This document shows, in pieces, positions 8,697-19,660 of a stretch of 64,000 bases of DNA. Under the pieces are notes generated by a model, which did not search any database, had not been told where the DNA came from, and saw only the letters and a program-made list of their open reading frames with translations. Positions within the stretch are counted from its first letter, which is position 1. Each line of letters starts with the position of its first letter. The position numbers were made by a program, and so were the translations under genes. This DNA comes from Clostridiales bacterium. Its GTDB lineage: Bacteria > Bacillota > Clostridia > Christensenellales > UBA1242. The stretch lies in contig SVIV01000002.1 in NCBI GenBank assembly GCA_015069325.1, positions 181,694 through 245,693 of the forward strand. The letters run 5' to 3'.

Positions 8697-9416
8697 TTAT
8701 TTTCCATATTCTTCATCATCTTCTTCATTCACGCAAATCATTTTTCTTTCATCTTCTGACGCATCACCAAACTTATAATTATCTAAAAACTTAATTCCGT
8801 GTTCGTATGCATTTTTTCTTCTCAAAGCTGCTGAGTTCTTTTTTTCTAAATCCTGAAGTGCAACTTTTCTTTTCTCGAAACAAATGTTTTTGATTTTTTG
8901 TAATACTTCTCTAATGGTTTGTTCACAGTCTTGTTGCAAATTATTTTCATAAGCATATTGCACTTCATCACGTAAATATTTGACCATCATTTTGATCATA
9001 CCTTCATAAAATACTTCGTCTGCAAAATATGAATAATCAAAATCTTCTAACGCTGAAATAAGATATTCGTGTGTAACCCTTAAACAATCTTTTGCATAAA
9101 GCAAAGAAAATAATCCATAAGCAGCCGCTCCACTATATGTTGGCGAATCCGATTCTCTTAAAAATATATCTAAATAACGTGGTTTATCACCAGGCTTACT
9201 AATGTTTGCAAAACCACTATCGTCGTAAACAGTTGCATAAGAATAATCTTTGCTTGCCCTATTGCCAAAATGGTCAATAAAACGAACATAATCTCCGTGA
9301 TCTATTCGCAAATACATTGTAGATGGTTTTATGTCAACTGCATAAGTTGAAAAGTGTTTTCCATCAAGCGTTTTAATTCCTTTATTTATATCAAACTCTG
9401 GGTAATAAAATTTCAT
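8697..9416 (-). CDS. hypothetical protein
   Basis: 239-aa ORF. RBS AAGGAGA. Starts 9 nt after the stop of the upstream ORF, so probably co-transcribed. No motif recognised. Confidence 0.5.
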   Translation of the reverse strand: MKFYYPEFDINKGIKTLDGKHFSTYAVDIKPSTMYLRIDHGDYVRFIDHFGNRASKDYSYATVYDDSGFANISKPGDKPRYLDIFLRESDSPTYSGAAAYGLFSLLYAKDCLRVTHEYLISALEDFDYSYFADEVFYEGMIKMMVKYLRDEVQYAYENNLQQDCEQTIREVLQKIKNICFEKRKVALQDLEKKNSAALRRKNAYEHGIKFLDNYKFGDASEDERKMICVNEEDDEEYGK

Positions 9417-9425
9417 ATTGTCTCC

Positions 9426-9830
9426 TTAAATGTTGCAATAACGCTCGTCAGCTTCAAGTTCTACACTTTCATCTTTCTTAAGTTCTTCTTGAAGTCTTTT
9501 TGCCGTTTCAATTTCAGCTAAATCTTTTTCATACGATTTCACTTCACTATAAAGCTCTTCCCAAAATCTATGCCCGCTATGTTTTTTGTCTGCGTGAAGC
9601 AAACTTGCTTGATAATAGATTTTTCTTCTATTGTTTTCTTCTGCAAAAAATTCTTGATTTTCTCTCATTAAACTGCGAGCTAATGATTGAGCATAACCGG
9701 TAGTCTTTTTTTGAATATCTTCAACATTGTCTTCACCCAATTTCCCTAAATAGAAATCAAAATATGCGTTTACTTGAAGTTCTCTCAAATTTGCTAAATC
9801 GATAATCTTTTTTGTATTTCGTGTTGCCAT
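9426..9830 (-). CDS. hypothetical protein
   Basis: 134-aa ORF. Own promoter TTGACA(9872-77)-N16-TGtgaTATAAT(9850-55) and RBS AAGGAGA. No motif recognised. Confidence 0.5.
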   Translation of the reverse strand: MATRNTKKIIDLANLRELQVNAYFDFYLGKLGEDNVEDIQKKTTGYAQSLARSLMRENQEFFAEENNRRKIYYQASLLHADKKHSGHRFWEELYSEVKSYEKDLAEIETAKRLQEELKKDESVELEADERYCNI

Positions 9831-9906
9831 TATAATCTCCTTGCTTTAAATTATATCACACTTACTTTTATTGTCAAGATTAAAATAAAGTGAAATTAAA
9901 TTCACT

Positions 9907-10557
9907 TTATTCTATAATTTGTTCAATTTCTTGGGCAGAAATAAATTGCCAGCCTTTTTCATTTTTTACCATAACTAAATCATGACTTTCAAGCCTATCC
10001 CATACTGTTTTTTGCCATTCATTTGCTTTTGCAATATTGAATTTTGTTTGCGTTTCATCAAATATGTTTAACTGTTCATTCAATTTATTATAAAAGATTG
10101 CACTTTGCATAAACGATTGAACATCTTCCATATCAACATTTTGATTTTTATCATATTGCTTTATTACACCGCCTGTTGAATCAAGTTTTATTTTTAAATT
10201 TTTCAAAATAAATTTAAGTCTGTTTTGAACTTTTTTAAGGTTGCTTTTTACCGTTTTCCCTTCTTTTACAATATCTGTATATCCACCATTTTTGCACGCT
10301 TCTACAACTGCATCAATCATTTTAACAAACAAAAAGGTTCTTTTCATTTCAAGCTCAGTGAGTTTAAAATGACACTTCATCATTTCATAATAGGTATTGT
10401 AATATTCATTGTTATTTTCATTCAAATTACGATTATATTTTTTCTTTAATTGAGAAATTTTTACGCACTTATTTTGATAATCTTTTTGCGCCTGTTGAAT
10501 TTTTTGTGATAAAAATTCACTTTCTATTGAAAATATACTAATAGTTTGTTGCTCCAT
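9907..10557 (-). CDS. hypothetical coiled-coil-rich protein
   Basis: 216-aa ORF. Own promoter TTGACA-N17-TGtgaTATAAA and RBS AAGGAGA. No motif recognised. Confidence 0.5.
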   Translation of the reverse strand: MEQQTISIFSIESEFLSQKIQQAQKDYQNKCVKISQLKKKYNRNLNENNNEYYNTYYEMMKCHFKLTELEMKRTFLFVKMIDAVVEACKNGGYTDIVKEGKTVKSNLKKVQNRLKFILKNLKIKLDSTGGVIKQYDKNQNVDMEDVQSFMQSAIFYNKLNEQLNIFDETQTKFNIAKANEWQKTVWDRLESHDLVMVKNEKGWQFISAQEIEQIIE

Positions 10558-10611
10558 AAATTCTCCTTGAAAACTTTATATCACAATCAAGGTCTTTTGT
10601 CAATAGTCAAC

Positions 10612-10640
10612 AAAAAAAGAGTGCAAGACGCACTCTTTTA
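10612..10640 (-). terminator. rho-independent terminator after ftsZ
   Basis: Stem agagtgc/gcactct with a U-run in the minus sense. Confidence 0.75.
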
Positions 10641-10708
10641 TCATTTTCTTATTAATGTTTAAAATCGCCCATAGTTTTTATTTTTTTAGCGATGCAAACA
10701 AAATCTGC

Positions 10709-11905
10709 CTATTTTCTATTGTTTCTTAATTTTTCAATCCAAGGTGGAACTGCTGTATTTTTCACTTCCACACGAGATGAAAATTCATTTTTCTTTTCAA
10801 AAGAAACTTCTGGCTTCACAGATGCTTCTTCTTCAACCTTCTCTTCTGGTTTTACATAGTTTGAGAAAAGGCTTCTTGCAGAATATTCTGTCTTAGTCGC
10901 CATATTACCCATTGCTTTTGCTTGAGCAATTTCGTTTGCTTTTTCTTCCTTTCTTTTTTCTTCTTCAGGGTTTTTAAATCCTGTAGCGATAAGAGTAATT
11001 TCAACTTCATCATGCATATTTTCATCAATGCTTGTTCCGAGAATGATATTGCAGTTTTCGTCAACAACTTCCCTTACAAGAGAAGCCGCTTCGCTTACGT
11101 CATCTTGAGTAAGATCTGTGCCACCTTTAATGTTGATAAGAAGGCCTGTTGCACCTTCAATTGTAGTTTCAAGAAGTGGTGACGCAACAGCTTGTTTAAC
11201 AGCTTCAAGTGCTTTATTGTCACCAGCACCATAACCAATACCCATATGTGCAAGACCTTTGTCTTTCATAATTGTAGTAACGTCAGCAAAGTCAAGGTTG
11301 ATAAGACCTGGATAAACAATAAGGTCTGAAATTCCTTGCACGCCTTGACGAAGCACATCATCTGCAAATCTGAATGATTCAAGAAGTGGTGTCTTCTTAG
11401 GCACAATTTGAAGAAGTTTTTCATTTGGAATAACCACTAGGGCATCAACATATTTTCTTAACTTTTCAAGCCCTTCTTCTGCATTTTTCTTTCTTACTGG
11501 ACCTTCAAAAAGGAATGGTTTTGTGATAACCGCAATAGTAAGTATGCCAAGTTCTTTTGCAATTTGAGCAATAACAGGAGCCGCACCTGTGCCTGTTCCA
11601 CCACCCATACCAGCAGTAATAAACACAAGATTTGCATCTTTAAGCATTTCTGTAATCGATGTTTTGCTTTCTTCTGCGGCCTTTTGTCCTATCTCGGGCT
11701 TAGCGCCAGCGCCACCACCACCTGTAAGACGTTCGCCAATTTGAAGTCTAACAGGAGCTTTAGATAAAAGCAACGCTTGTTGGTCAGTATTAACAGAAAT
11801 AAACTCAGCTGAACTCACACCTGCTTCTATCATTCTGTTGACAGCATTTCCACCACCACCGCCAACGCCAATAACTTTGATTTTTGTTGCACAATTGTTT
11901 TCCAT
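10709..11905 (-). CDS. ftsZ: cell division protein FtsZ
   Basis: [17 protein letters not shown] and [15 protein letters not shown] tubulin signatures. RBS AAGGAGA before the ATG at 11905. The track start at 11968 is an extension. Confidence 0.97.
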   Translation of the reverse strand: MENNCATKIKVIGVGGGGGNAVNRMIEAGVSSAEFISVNTDQQALLLSKAPVRLQIGERLTGGGGAGAKPEIGQKAAEESKTSITEMLKDANLVFITAGMGGGTGTGAAPVIAQIAKELGILTIAVITKPFLFEGPVRKKNAEEGLEKLRKYVDALVVIPNEKLLQIVPKKTPLLESFRFADDVLRQGVQGISDLIVYPGLINLDFADVTTIMKDKGLAHMGIGYGAGDNKALEAVKQAVASPLLETTIEGATGLLINIKGGTDLTQDDVSEAASLVREVVDENCNIILGTSIDENMHDEVEITLIATGFKNPEEEKRKEEKANEIAQAKAMGNMATKTEYSARSLFSNYVKPEEKVEEEASVKPEVSFEKKNEFSSRVEVKNTAVPPWIEKLRNNRK

Positions 11906-12041
11906 AACATTCTCCTTAAAGTTTCTATTAATTGTATTGTAATATATTTGAGTTTTTTTTGCAAACATTTATATAAATTTTTTAAAAAAAGTGATTAAAT
12001 TAACAAAATATCTAATTATTTCATTAATTTTATTGTTTTTG

Positions 12042-13166
12042 TTATCTTCTTTCTAAAGAAGTTAATGCGTAATCAACAAGAGAATAAATTGATGCCATTG
12101 TAGGTTTTTCTTGTCCAGGAATTGGTGGAACACCTAATTTTATATTTCTTCCCAAGCATTTCGCAAGATAATCCTTCCCACCTTTCACTTTTGCAATTCC
12201 ACCACCTGTCAAATAAATAGGTAAGTGCGCAATATATTCTTTTGAATACTCTTGCAGGCAAGTGTTTACAACTTCCGCCAATTCTTCAATTCGATATGCA
12301 ACAACTTCATTTGCACTGTTAAGCACAACTTTTTCAATCTTTCCGTTTTCTAATACTACATCATAACAGTCATTTGGTTTTCCCTTAATTGAAAGCACAA
12401 CTTCGTTTTTAAGCCTTAGCGCATCTTTGATTGATAGTTCAAATGCTTCGGCAAGATCATTTGTAATAAATCCACCGCCACGAGAAAGAGAAGTAAGCAT
12501 TAACAACCCATTACCTTTTACAAGAGATATACTTGTTGAGATATCACCACTATCAAGCAAAAGAGATAGGTCTTCTTTTTTATCTTTAGGAAGAATAAAT
12601 TGTGATTGAGCAAGCACTTCGCTTATATATTCAACATATTGAAATCCTAAAGAAGATGCAATATCATTAAATAAGTCAATAAACATTTTATTTGCATAGA
12701 CAACTGAAAGCTTGCCTACCAGAGTGCTTCCTACATATCCCACTGGTTCAAGCATAGTTTTTCCATCAACGTCAAAAGAAATAGGACTTACTGAAACTAC
12801 TTCAACTTCAGTATTTTTACTTTTTTCGCTGGCCATATAAAAAAGTTCATCAATATCATCTTTTTTAATTTTTCTTCGTTCGGCAAAATTCAAACTGCAT
12901 TCCAATTGCATAACAGAAGAAAACTCTGCAGGCACTCCCACATAAATTTTTTTAATCTTGTTTAAATATGGCGCAAATTCTTGAACGATTTCCTTAAATA
13001 GTTTAGGTAATTCTTCTTTGTTTAAAAATTCGCCTTCATAAAAACCGTCATATTCAATTTCTTTAAATCCTTTAACCGCAAACGTCCTGTTTAATCCCCT
13101 TCCTGCAATCATAGCGCGAAGGCGAGAAGAACCAATGTCAAAAGCTAAAACAAATTTTTCTTTCAT
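12042..13166 (-). CDS. ftsA: cell division protein FtsA
   Basis: 374 aa. Actin-like ATPase with an AFDIGSS phosphate-1 motif. Directly upstream of ftsZ. Confidence 0.9.
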   Translation of the reverse strand: MKEKFVLAFDIGSSRLRAMIAGRGLNRTFAVKGFKEIEYDGFYEGEFLNKEELPKLFKEIVQEFAPYLNKIKKIYVGVPAEFSSVMQLECSLNFAERRKIKKDDIDELFYMASEKSKNTEVEVVSVSPISFDVDGKTMLEPVGYVGSTLVGKLSVVYANKMFIDLFNDIASSLGFQYVEYISEVLAQSQFILPKDKKEDLSLLLDSGDISTSISLVKGNGLLMLTSLSRGGGFITNDLAEAFELSIKDALRLKNEVVLSIKGKPNDCYDVVLENGKIEKVVLNSANEVVAYRIEELAEVVNTCLQEYSKEYIAHLPIYLTGGGIAKVKGGKDYLAKCLGRNIKLGVPPIPGQEKPTMASIYSLVDYALTSLERR

Positions 13167-13209
13167 AATCCACCCTTTAAAACAATTTTAATAAAAAAGC
13201 CCAAAAATG

Positions 13210-14079
13210 TCAAACACCTTGGGCAATAAAAATTTTAAAATAACATTTTTCATTTTCTAGATTAAGAATTCCATCTTCTGTGTAATAGTTATTAATATAA
13301 ATCTCGCAGTTTTTTAAGTTTTCAAGTGTCAATCTCTCATAAGTTCCATCTTTCTGCAAACTTTCCTTGCCTGCCATTTCAAATAAAGACGAATAAACTT
13401 GACTAAACAAATAAACCTTATATGGCAAATTAACTTGATAGTTTGCAATTGAAACGGTTTGTCCACTATAAAGATTTAATTTTAAAACCTTTCTTTCTTG
13501 TGCAATTGAATCATCAAACTCTTTTTCAACTTTAATTTCTTTAATCAAATCTTTACACATTCCTAAACGATAATTGTTTTGATAAAAAGCCTGATAAAGT
13601 TTGACATCAATATCAAGATAATCACCAACTTTTTCATTTTTAATTTGCAAGTCTCCACTTAAAAGAATTGCATTTTCCGTTGTCGATTCAAACGTTTCTT
13701 TTATTTTTAAAACTTTAAATTCTTCATCACAAATATAAAATCCATCTTGTCCTTCAACTGCATACACTTCCTGCCTATATGCAATATGAATTACCATTGT
13801 TGATGGAAATTCGGTTTCAATATTAATAACATTTAAATAAGGATATTCATATTCAATATTGTCAATATATTTTTGTTTATTTCTAAAAAAGACCGTCCCA
13901 CCAAGTTCAATACCACTAGCTTTTATAATATCTTCTTCTGTCGCATTTTCTTCAATAGTGGCACTCGTCCTAAAATCAATTTTGACTTCACCAAGCGAGA
14001 AAAAAGTATATGCTAATAAAACAATAATGCCTACTACAAAAAAAACACTACATACACTGATTATTAATTTCTTTTTCAA
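13210..14079 (-). CDS. cell division protein FtsQ/DivIB-like
   Basis: 289 aa. One N-terminal TM helix followed by an extracytoplasmic domain. Called by its position between murA and ftsA; sequence similarity was judged by eye only. Confidence 0.6.
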   Translation of the reverse strand: MKKKLIISVCSVFFVVGIIVLLAYTFFSLGEVKIDFRTSATIEENATEEDIIKASGIELGGTVFFRNKQKYIDNIEYEYPYLNVINIETEFPSTMVIHIAYRQEVYAVEGQDGFYICDEEFKVLKIKETFESTTENAILLSGDLQIKNEKVGDYLDIDVKLYQAFYQNNYRLGMCKDLIKEIKVEKEFDDSIAQERKVLKLNLYSGQTVSIANYQVNLPYKVYLFSQVYSSLFEMAGKESLQKDGTYERLTLENLKNCEIYINNYYTEDGILNLENEKCYFKIFIAQGV

Positions 14080-15331
14080 CTTTTACCCTCTTAATATCAC
14101 CGCCCAGTGCAGTGAATTTTTCTTCAATGTTTTTGTATCCCCTATCAATATAACAAATGTTATCAATAGTCGTATAGCCTTGAGCAACAAGCCCTGCCAA
14201 AACAAGCGATGCCCCGCCACGCAAATCCCCCGCACTTACATCGGCACCAAAAAGATGTTTTTGTCCCTTTGCAATCACTATCCCATTTCTAGAAATTAGG
14301 TCAGCACCCATTTTTTTTAATTGTCCTATGTGCTTGTTTCTACTTTCAAAAATATTTTCAATAATTAAACTATACCCATCGCTTATGCTTGAAAGCGCTG
14401 TCATCTGAGATTGCAAATCGGTGGGGAATGCAGGATATACACCCGTTTCTATTTCCCCAAAAGATTTCAGTTTTCCATTTCTAGTCAAAATTATTGTATC
14501 ATTTTCACATTTGATTTTGCAAGCAGATTTTATAAGTTTTGACAAAAGTTCTTGATTTTGCTGTGGATTTGCACCTTTAACCACAATTTCGCCCCCTGTC
14601 ATAGCACCTGCAATTAAAAATGTCCCCGCTTCAATCCTATCTGTGATAGGCCTAAATGAAAGAGAATGCAATTTTTTCCCGCCTTGAATCGAAACGACAT
14701 CTGTTCCTGCTCCACAGACTCTTCCGCCTGCTTTATTTATAAAGTTTGCAAGGTCCACTATTTCAGGTTCCTTCGCGCAGTTGATTATCCTAGTTTCTCC
14801 TTCAATGCAAGTTGCAAGCATCATAAGATTTTCAGTAGCCCCTACACTTGCAAAAGAAAGTGCAATATCTTTTGCCTGCATCTTTTCTTTGCGGGCATAA
14901 ATATATCCATTTTTTTCAACAACCTTTGCCCCTAGATTTCTTGCACCCGACAAATGCAGGTCAATTGGGCGAAGACCTATATCGCAACCACCAGGATATG
15001 CAATTTTCACACTTCCCAGCCTTGCAAGAATTGGTCCTAAACAAAAAATAGAAGACCTTAACGGGCTTGCCAGCTCATTTGGGACTTCATTTGAAGAAAG
15101 TGAAGAGTTGTCAATTATTAAATCGTCTTTTTCCCAATAGACTTTACTTCCCAAATTCTCTAAAATGTCTATCATTGCAAACACATCACTATACCCCACC
15201 ACCCTTTCAATTCTCACCTGGCCTTCAATCAAAATACTGCACGCCATTATAGGTAATAATGAGTTTTTTGCACTATCAATTTGAACTTCTCCGTTAAGTT
15301 TATTTCCACCAACAATAAAAAACTGTTCCAT
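14048..15331 (-). CDS. murA: UDP-N-acetylglucosamine 1-carboxyvinyltransferase
   Basis: 427 aa with GNKLNGEVQIDSAKNSLLPIMA and GGCDIGLRPIDLH (catalytic Cys loop), typical of MurA. Confidence 0.95.
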   Translation of the reverse strand: MEQFFIVGGNKLNGEVQIDSAKNSLLPIMACSILIEGQVRIERVVGYSDVFAMIDILENLGSKVYWEKDDLIIDNSSLSSNEVPNELASPLRSSIFCLGPILARLGSVKIAYPGGCDIGLRPIDLHLSGARNLGAKVVEKNGYIYARKEKMQAKDIALSFASVGATENLMMLATCIEGETRIINCAKEPEIVDLANFINKAGGRVCGAGTDVVSIQGGKKLHSLSFRPITDRIEAGTFLIAGAMTGGEIVVKGANPQQNQELLSKLIKSACKIKCENDTIILTRNGKLKSFGEIETGVYPAFPTDLQSQMTALSSISDGYSLIIENIFESRNKHIGQLKKMGADLISRNGIVIAKGQKHLFGADVSAGDLRGGASLVLAGLVAQGYTTIDNICYIDRGYKNIEEKFTALGGDIKRVKVEKEINNQCM

Positions 15332-15489
15332 ATTTTCTCCTGATGATATTTTATATGTGCATATTTTAATCAGAGTTCAAAATAGTTTTTTCGCACAATC
15401 GCCATTCAAATTAACTTTCTTCTTTTAAACGGTTCAACAAACCTTGACAATTAAATATTAAATATGTTAAAATTTTTGCAGGAGAAAAT

Positions 15490-16791
15490 ATGAGAAAAAC
15501 ATCAACAACATTTAGAGAAGTAATTGATACGTATTATAATTTTCGAAGAAATCTTGCAGACTGGAACGACTTTTATAATGATGCATCAGACTTTCTTTCA
15601 ACAATAATTCTCGCATCAAACAATCAATTTCTAGAATCGCTGAGTTTAAATAACAAAATTTCTCTTTGCGAACGTTTAGTCTTTGTAATTGACGGATTTC
15701 CAAGTGCCTTTCCTTATGGAGAAAGCAATTCCTACGCATCTCAAGTAAACAAACTTGACGGACAACAGCATTTAGATGGCTACTATAATTTATGGAAAGA
15801 TTCAAATAAAATTTTTTTAGGCTCTTTCTTTCCATATGGTATAAACGGACCACGCAAAGATATTAAAACAAATATCTATCTTGACAGCACAAATGCAAAC
15901 CTGTTAGTAGATATTAAAACAATGACAAAAAATCAAGAAAAAGTAGCAAGATTTTGTTTTGCAGATCGCTATAGCATTTATGTAAAAAGACCAAGATCAG
16001 TTTTTGTTCAATCTATTACAAATGATATTGAAAACATAATTTTTACAGACCGTTTTGACCCTTTCCACACAGGCAGAGATTCAAAAGATGACCATACAAA
16101 TAATTTTCCACAACATTCAAGTCCACAAATGCTAGAGTTGTTCAACAAATACTTTCAATCAACTGCAAAAACACCACACTTGCACTTTTACTTTGAAAGT
16201 GTATGCGCCGGAGACGTTATCCCTACAAAAGATGGCCATCAACCTAAAGGCAATGATAAATCATTAGCAATAAACCTTGGTGGATTATCGCAATACATAA
16301 ATGACCTTTGCATAGCAATTAAATCCTATGACAACACACAGCCATTGCCAGCTATTTTAAAATACGATTTGGGAATGCCATACCTTTCAATACTATATGG
16401 CTCAACAGCTTTTAATGATAGTTATTTTATATCAAAAATAAAACGACTTCCTAATTTAGATGACGCCATTAAAAGAGATATTCTTGGCAAACTTAGTGCG
16501 ACAAAGTTTTTAAAATTAAACCTTCAATTCTTTGCAAAAGGCAACGACAATTTACCAATTTTCCCAAAAGAAGCAGCTCACATAAAAATTGCTTTAAAAC
16601 AACTAAAACAATTGTCAATCGCATACAAATTCATTGATGACAATGCCGAACGTTTAACATCAGGACAACAAAGATCGCTTGTTTCAGCAATTAATGATGG
16701 ATTAAACCAGCATCAGAAAATATATCTTGAATCCAACAATGAAAAAGATTTCAATGAAAATCGTGAAGACGATTTTGAACCAATACTATAA
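15490..16791 (+). CDS. hypothetical protein (433 aa orphan)
   Basis: Promoter TTGACA-N17-TAAAAT, RBS AGGAGA, terminator at 16811-16842. No motif recognised. Confidence 0.5.
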   Translation: MRKTSTTFREVIDTYYNFRRNLADWNDFYNDASDFLSTIILASNNQFLESLSLNNKISLCERLVFVIDGFPSAFPYGESNSYASQVNKLDGQQHLDGYYNLWKDSNKIFLGSFFPYGINGPRKDIKTNIYLDSTNANLLVDIKTMTKNQEKVARFCFADRYSIYVKRPRSVFVQSITNDIENIIFTDRFDPFHTGRDSKDDHTNNFPQHSSPQMLELFNKYFQSTAKTPHLHFYFESVCAGDVIPTKDGHQPKGNDKSLAINLGGLSQYINDLCIAIKSYDNTQPLPAILKYDLGMPYLSILYGSTAFNDSYFISKIKRLPNLDDAIKRDILGKLSATKFLKLNLQFFAKGNDNLPIFPKEAAHIKIALKQLKQLSIAYKFIDDNAERLTSGQQRSLVSAINDGLNQHQKIYLESNNEKDFNENREDDFEPIL

Positions 16792-16852
16792 AAAATCAAA
16801 TTTATAACATAAAAAAAGATATTCGTAGTTGAATATCTTTTTGTTTTAAATT

Positions 16853-17989
16853 TTACCATAACATTAAACTTAAATATGACAACGGCACTAAAATAAGTGC
16901 TCCTACAACATTGTATAGTGTATCAAGTCCTATATAATACCAAACGCCGTGCTTCTTATCCAATTTTTCATTTCTTGCAACTTTCATATATTCTTTCATT
17001 GCAATAACTCCCGATAACGATGAGAATATAATCCCCAAACTTGCAACATTTACCGATACCAACAAATGTGGCCAGTTCATTGTAAATTTTGAAAGCAAAA
17101 CCGCTGTCGGAACGTTGCTTATTGCTTGACAACTCACATATGCTGTCATATACGTATGTTCATTTATAAGAGATTCAAGAAGATTCACAATTGCAGGAAT
17201 TCTTGCTAAATTCCCTGAAAAGATAAAAAATGCAACAAAAATTAAAGGAATGGTATAATCTACTTTTAAAAAGGCCTTCCAATCACACGCAAGCATTGTA
17301 ATTACAATAAGAATTGTTGAAATCCACCAAGGCACTATCCCTAAAACGACCAATATTGTTAATAAAAACAAAACTCCATAAACTATTGCTCTTGGCACAT
17401 CAAATGCAATAGGTTCGTCATCTTTATACTGCAAAGGCTCTTTTTTCACAAACATACAAACTGCTATAATCAATACAAGCGCAATTGCAGTTGGTATAAG
17501 CATAATTTTAAAAAATTCCCATATTGAAACATCATAAAATGAAAAGATATAAAGATTTTGTGGATTGCCAATAGGAGTAATCATTCCACCAAGATTACTA
17601 GCAATATTTTGCATAATAAAAGTAAATGCAACATACCTTAAGTTGTTTGTATATTTTAAAACTATATAAGAAAGCGGTAGAAATGTCAAAAGAGACATAT
17701 CGTTCGCATTAACAAGCGCTGAAACATAGGTGATAAAAATCAAACACATAATAATGCTTCTTGTATTTTTGAATTTCTTTACAAGCCATTTTGCGACTTT
17801 TTGAAAGAAATTTATGTTTGAAAAACCTGCAATTACCAGCAACAGCAAAGTTATACACACAAGCGTATCAACATCAAAATATCCTAAATATTGTTTATCT
17901 GGCGGCACAAAAAAACAAGAAATTACAGCAATAATTACAGCAATGACAAAAATAAAGTTGTTTTTCAAAAAAGTCCAAACACGTTTCAT
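16853..17989 (-). CDS. ArsB/NhaD-superfamily anion permease (YbiR-like)
   Basis: 378 aa, about 10 TM helices, with GGMITPIGNPQNLYI characteristic of this permease superfamily. Confidence 0.7.
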   Translation of the reverse strand: MKRVWTFLKNNFIFVIAVIIAVISCFFVPPDKQYLGYFDVDTLVCITLLLLVIAGFSNINFFQKVAKWLVKKFKNTRSIIMCLIFITYVSALVNANDMSLLTFLPLSYIVLKYTNNLRYVAFTFIMQNIASNLGGMITPIGNPQNLYIFSFYDVSIWEFFKIMLIPTAIALVLIIAVCMFVKKEPLQYKDDEPIAFDVPRAIVYGVLFLLTILVVLGIVPWWISTILIVITMLACDWKAFLKVDYTIPLIFVAFFIFSGNLARIPAIVNLLESLINEHTYMTAYVSCQAISNVPTAVLLSKFTMNWPHLLVSVNVASLGIIFSSLSGVIAMKEYMKVARNEKLDKKHGVWYYIGLDTLYNVVGALILVPLSYLSLMLW

Positions 17990-18382
17990 TATCTCACCTT
18001 TTTTTATGTTAAGATAATTTTAACACTTTCTACATATAAAATGCAAACAAAATTAACCTACCTTTAAAATTTCACATAAAATCTATTAACTTTTCAATAT
18101 TTTTGAATACAAATAAAAAAATCTACTAAGATCTGATAAAAAAGTCGCATCAACATTTCTCTTTGCAAATATATGCCTATATGATTTTGGATTGATTTTG
18201 CCATTAATTAATATCATCTAATTCAAATCTACCACTCTTGTTAAAAAAAACAAATTTATTTCATATTTTTTATGTCTTCTTGTGTATTTTAAAGCATTAA
18301 TCTTATTATTTAATTGTTATTCAACTTTGATATTGCAAAAATGTTAATACTATGATATATTCATATTATCAAGGAGAAAGCA

Positions 18383-18844
18383 ATGTCAAAGTATATTAAA
18401 AAACTATCTAATGAAGAAATTGAAATATTTTTTAACAATAATGGTTATAAACTTGCTAAAGATATTACGGATGATAATGATTTACCAATCGATTCAATAG
18501 AAAGAGATGATGATTCTATTTTTGTGCGTACACAACAAATGAATGACAATGAAATTGATTTGCACCTAAACTCTATTTCTAGCAAAAAATATGCCGGAAT
18601 CTTGGCATTAACTACACTTTTCTCAATGCACGCCCCATACTCAAGAGATATCCATTTGTTTCATATTACAGATTATTTTTTGTCAAAATTTTGCATTTTC
18701 CCAGAAGATAGTGAAATAGGTAAAACCTTACTTACTTCATATTTCAAATTTATGATAGATAAATTCCCAACATACAAAAAAGATTTAGAAGAATATGTTG
18801 AATCTCTCCCTGATGATGAATCTGAAAGTGAAAATACAATATAA
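18383..18844 (+). CDS. hypothetical protein with acidic C-terminus
   Basis: 153-aa ORF. RBS AAGGAGA. Terminator aaaaaccgcaatcatttgcggttttta follows. No motif recognised. Confidence 0.5.
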   Translation: MSKYIKKLSNEEIEIFFNNNGYKLAKDITDDNDLPIDSIERDDDSIFVRTQQMNDNEIDLHLNSISSKKYAGILALTTLFSMHAPYSRDIHLFHITDYFLSKFCIFPEDSEIGKTLLTSYFKFMIDKFPTYKKDLEEYVESLPDDESESENTI

Positions 18845-18896
18845 AAACCGCAATCATTTGCGGTTTTTATTTCACGTTTCATTAAATTGGCATTGA

Positions 18897-19529
18897 TTAT
18901 TTTATAATTTTATTGTTTTTGACATAATCCGAAACAGCTAAAAAATTTTCATCATAATTATATCTTTCTTGCCCATATGTTAACCACATCTCAGCCCAAG
19001 ACATACCTGTTGTAAGCAATTTTTTTACATCTTCATTCTTTGCAGTTTCATTCTGCTCTTGCATATTCAAATCTACACACCCCTGCTCATCATAAAGCTT
19101 TGCTTGAATATCGCATTCCAATTTATCGCAAAAATATGCAAACTGAGATTCTAGCGTTTGCCGTTTCTCAAATTCAAAAATCAACTCTCGAATTTCATCT
19201 GCGTTACATAATTTTTTGAAAATATCAACAACAGCTTGATGTCCAAGTTTAACTTTTTCCTCTTTCGTCTTTTGAAAACAAGTTATGTCCCCAATTATCG
19301 TTTCTTCCATTTCATGAACAGCAATCATTGTGAGTGTTTTTTTTATGTCCAAATCATATTTAAATTCTGCCCACATTGCAATCGCAAGCATTTGGACGCC
19401 ATAAATATGCTCTGCTACGCTTTCAACCCTATGTCTGTTTACATTCCAATTCTGCCAACCAGTTCTTACAAGATCTTTTAATTTATTGCATAATACATAA
19501 AATTCAATAACCCTTTTTTCTCTTTGCAT
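18897..19529 (-). CDS. HD-domain hydrolase (YfbR-like 5'-deoxynucleotidase family)
   Basis: 210 aa with RTGW...ESVAEHIYGV...HEMEETIIGDIT, the H..HD..D metal ligand pattern. Confidence 0.8.
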   Translation of the reverse strand: MQREKRVIEFYVLCNKLKDLVRTGWQNWNVNRHRVESVAEHIYGVQMLAIAMWAEFKYDLDIKKTLTMIAVHEMEETIIGDITCFQKTKEEKVKLGHQAVVDIFKKLCNADEIRELIFEFEKRQTLESQFAYFCDKLECDIQAKLYDEQGCVDLNMQEQNETAKNEDVKKLLTTGMSWAEMWLTYGQERYNYDENFLAVSDYVKNNKIIK

Positions 19530-19660
19530 TTGCTTCTCCTAATAATCTCATATTATCATATGGGCATTTTTTTTGCAATGAAAATAAACAAAAAATCAAC
19601 TAAATAGTGGACAACAAACAAATTTTATGATATACTGAATATCGTTAATAGGAGAAGATA

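Noticed and set aside
10709-11968. Long N-terminal extensions in the ORF track: ftsZ to 11968, asd to 58690, the GNATs to 25179 and 21787, rpmB from 1514, ypeB to 39828, UDPGP to 60569, the 159-aa protein to 28780, and the DUF3794-like protein to 42654.
   Set aside because: In each case an internal ATG preceded by a good Shine-Dalgarno sequence matches the conserved family N-terminus. The extensions translate promoter or leader DNA.
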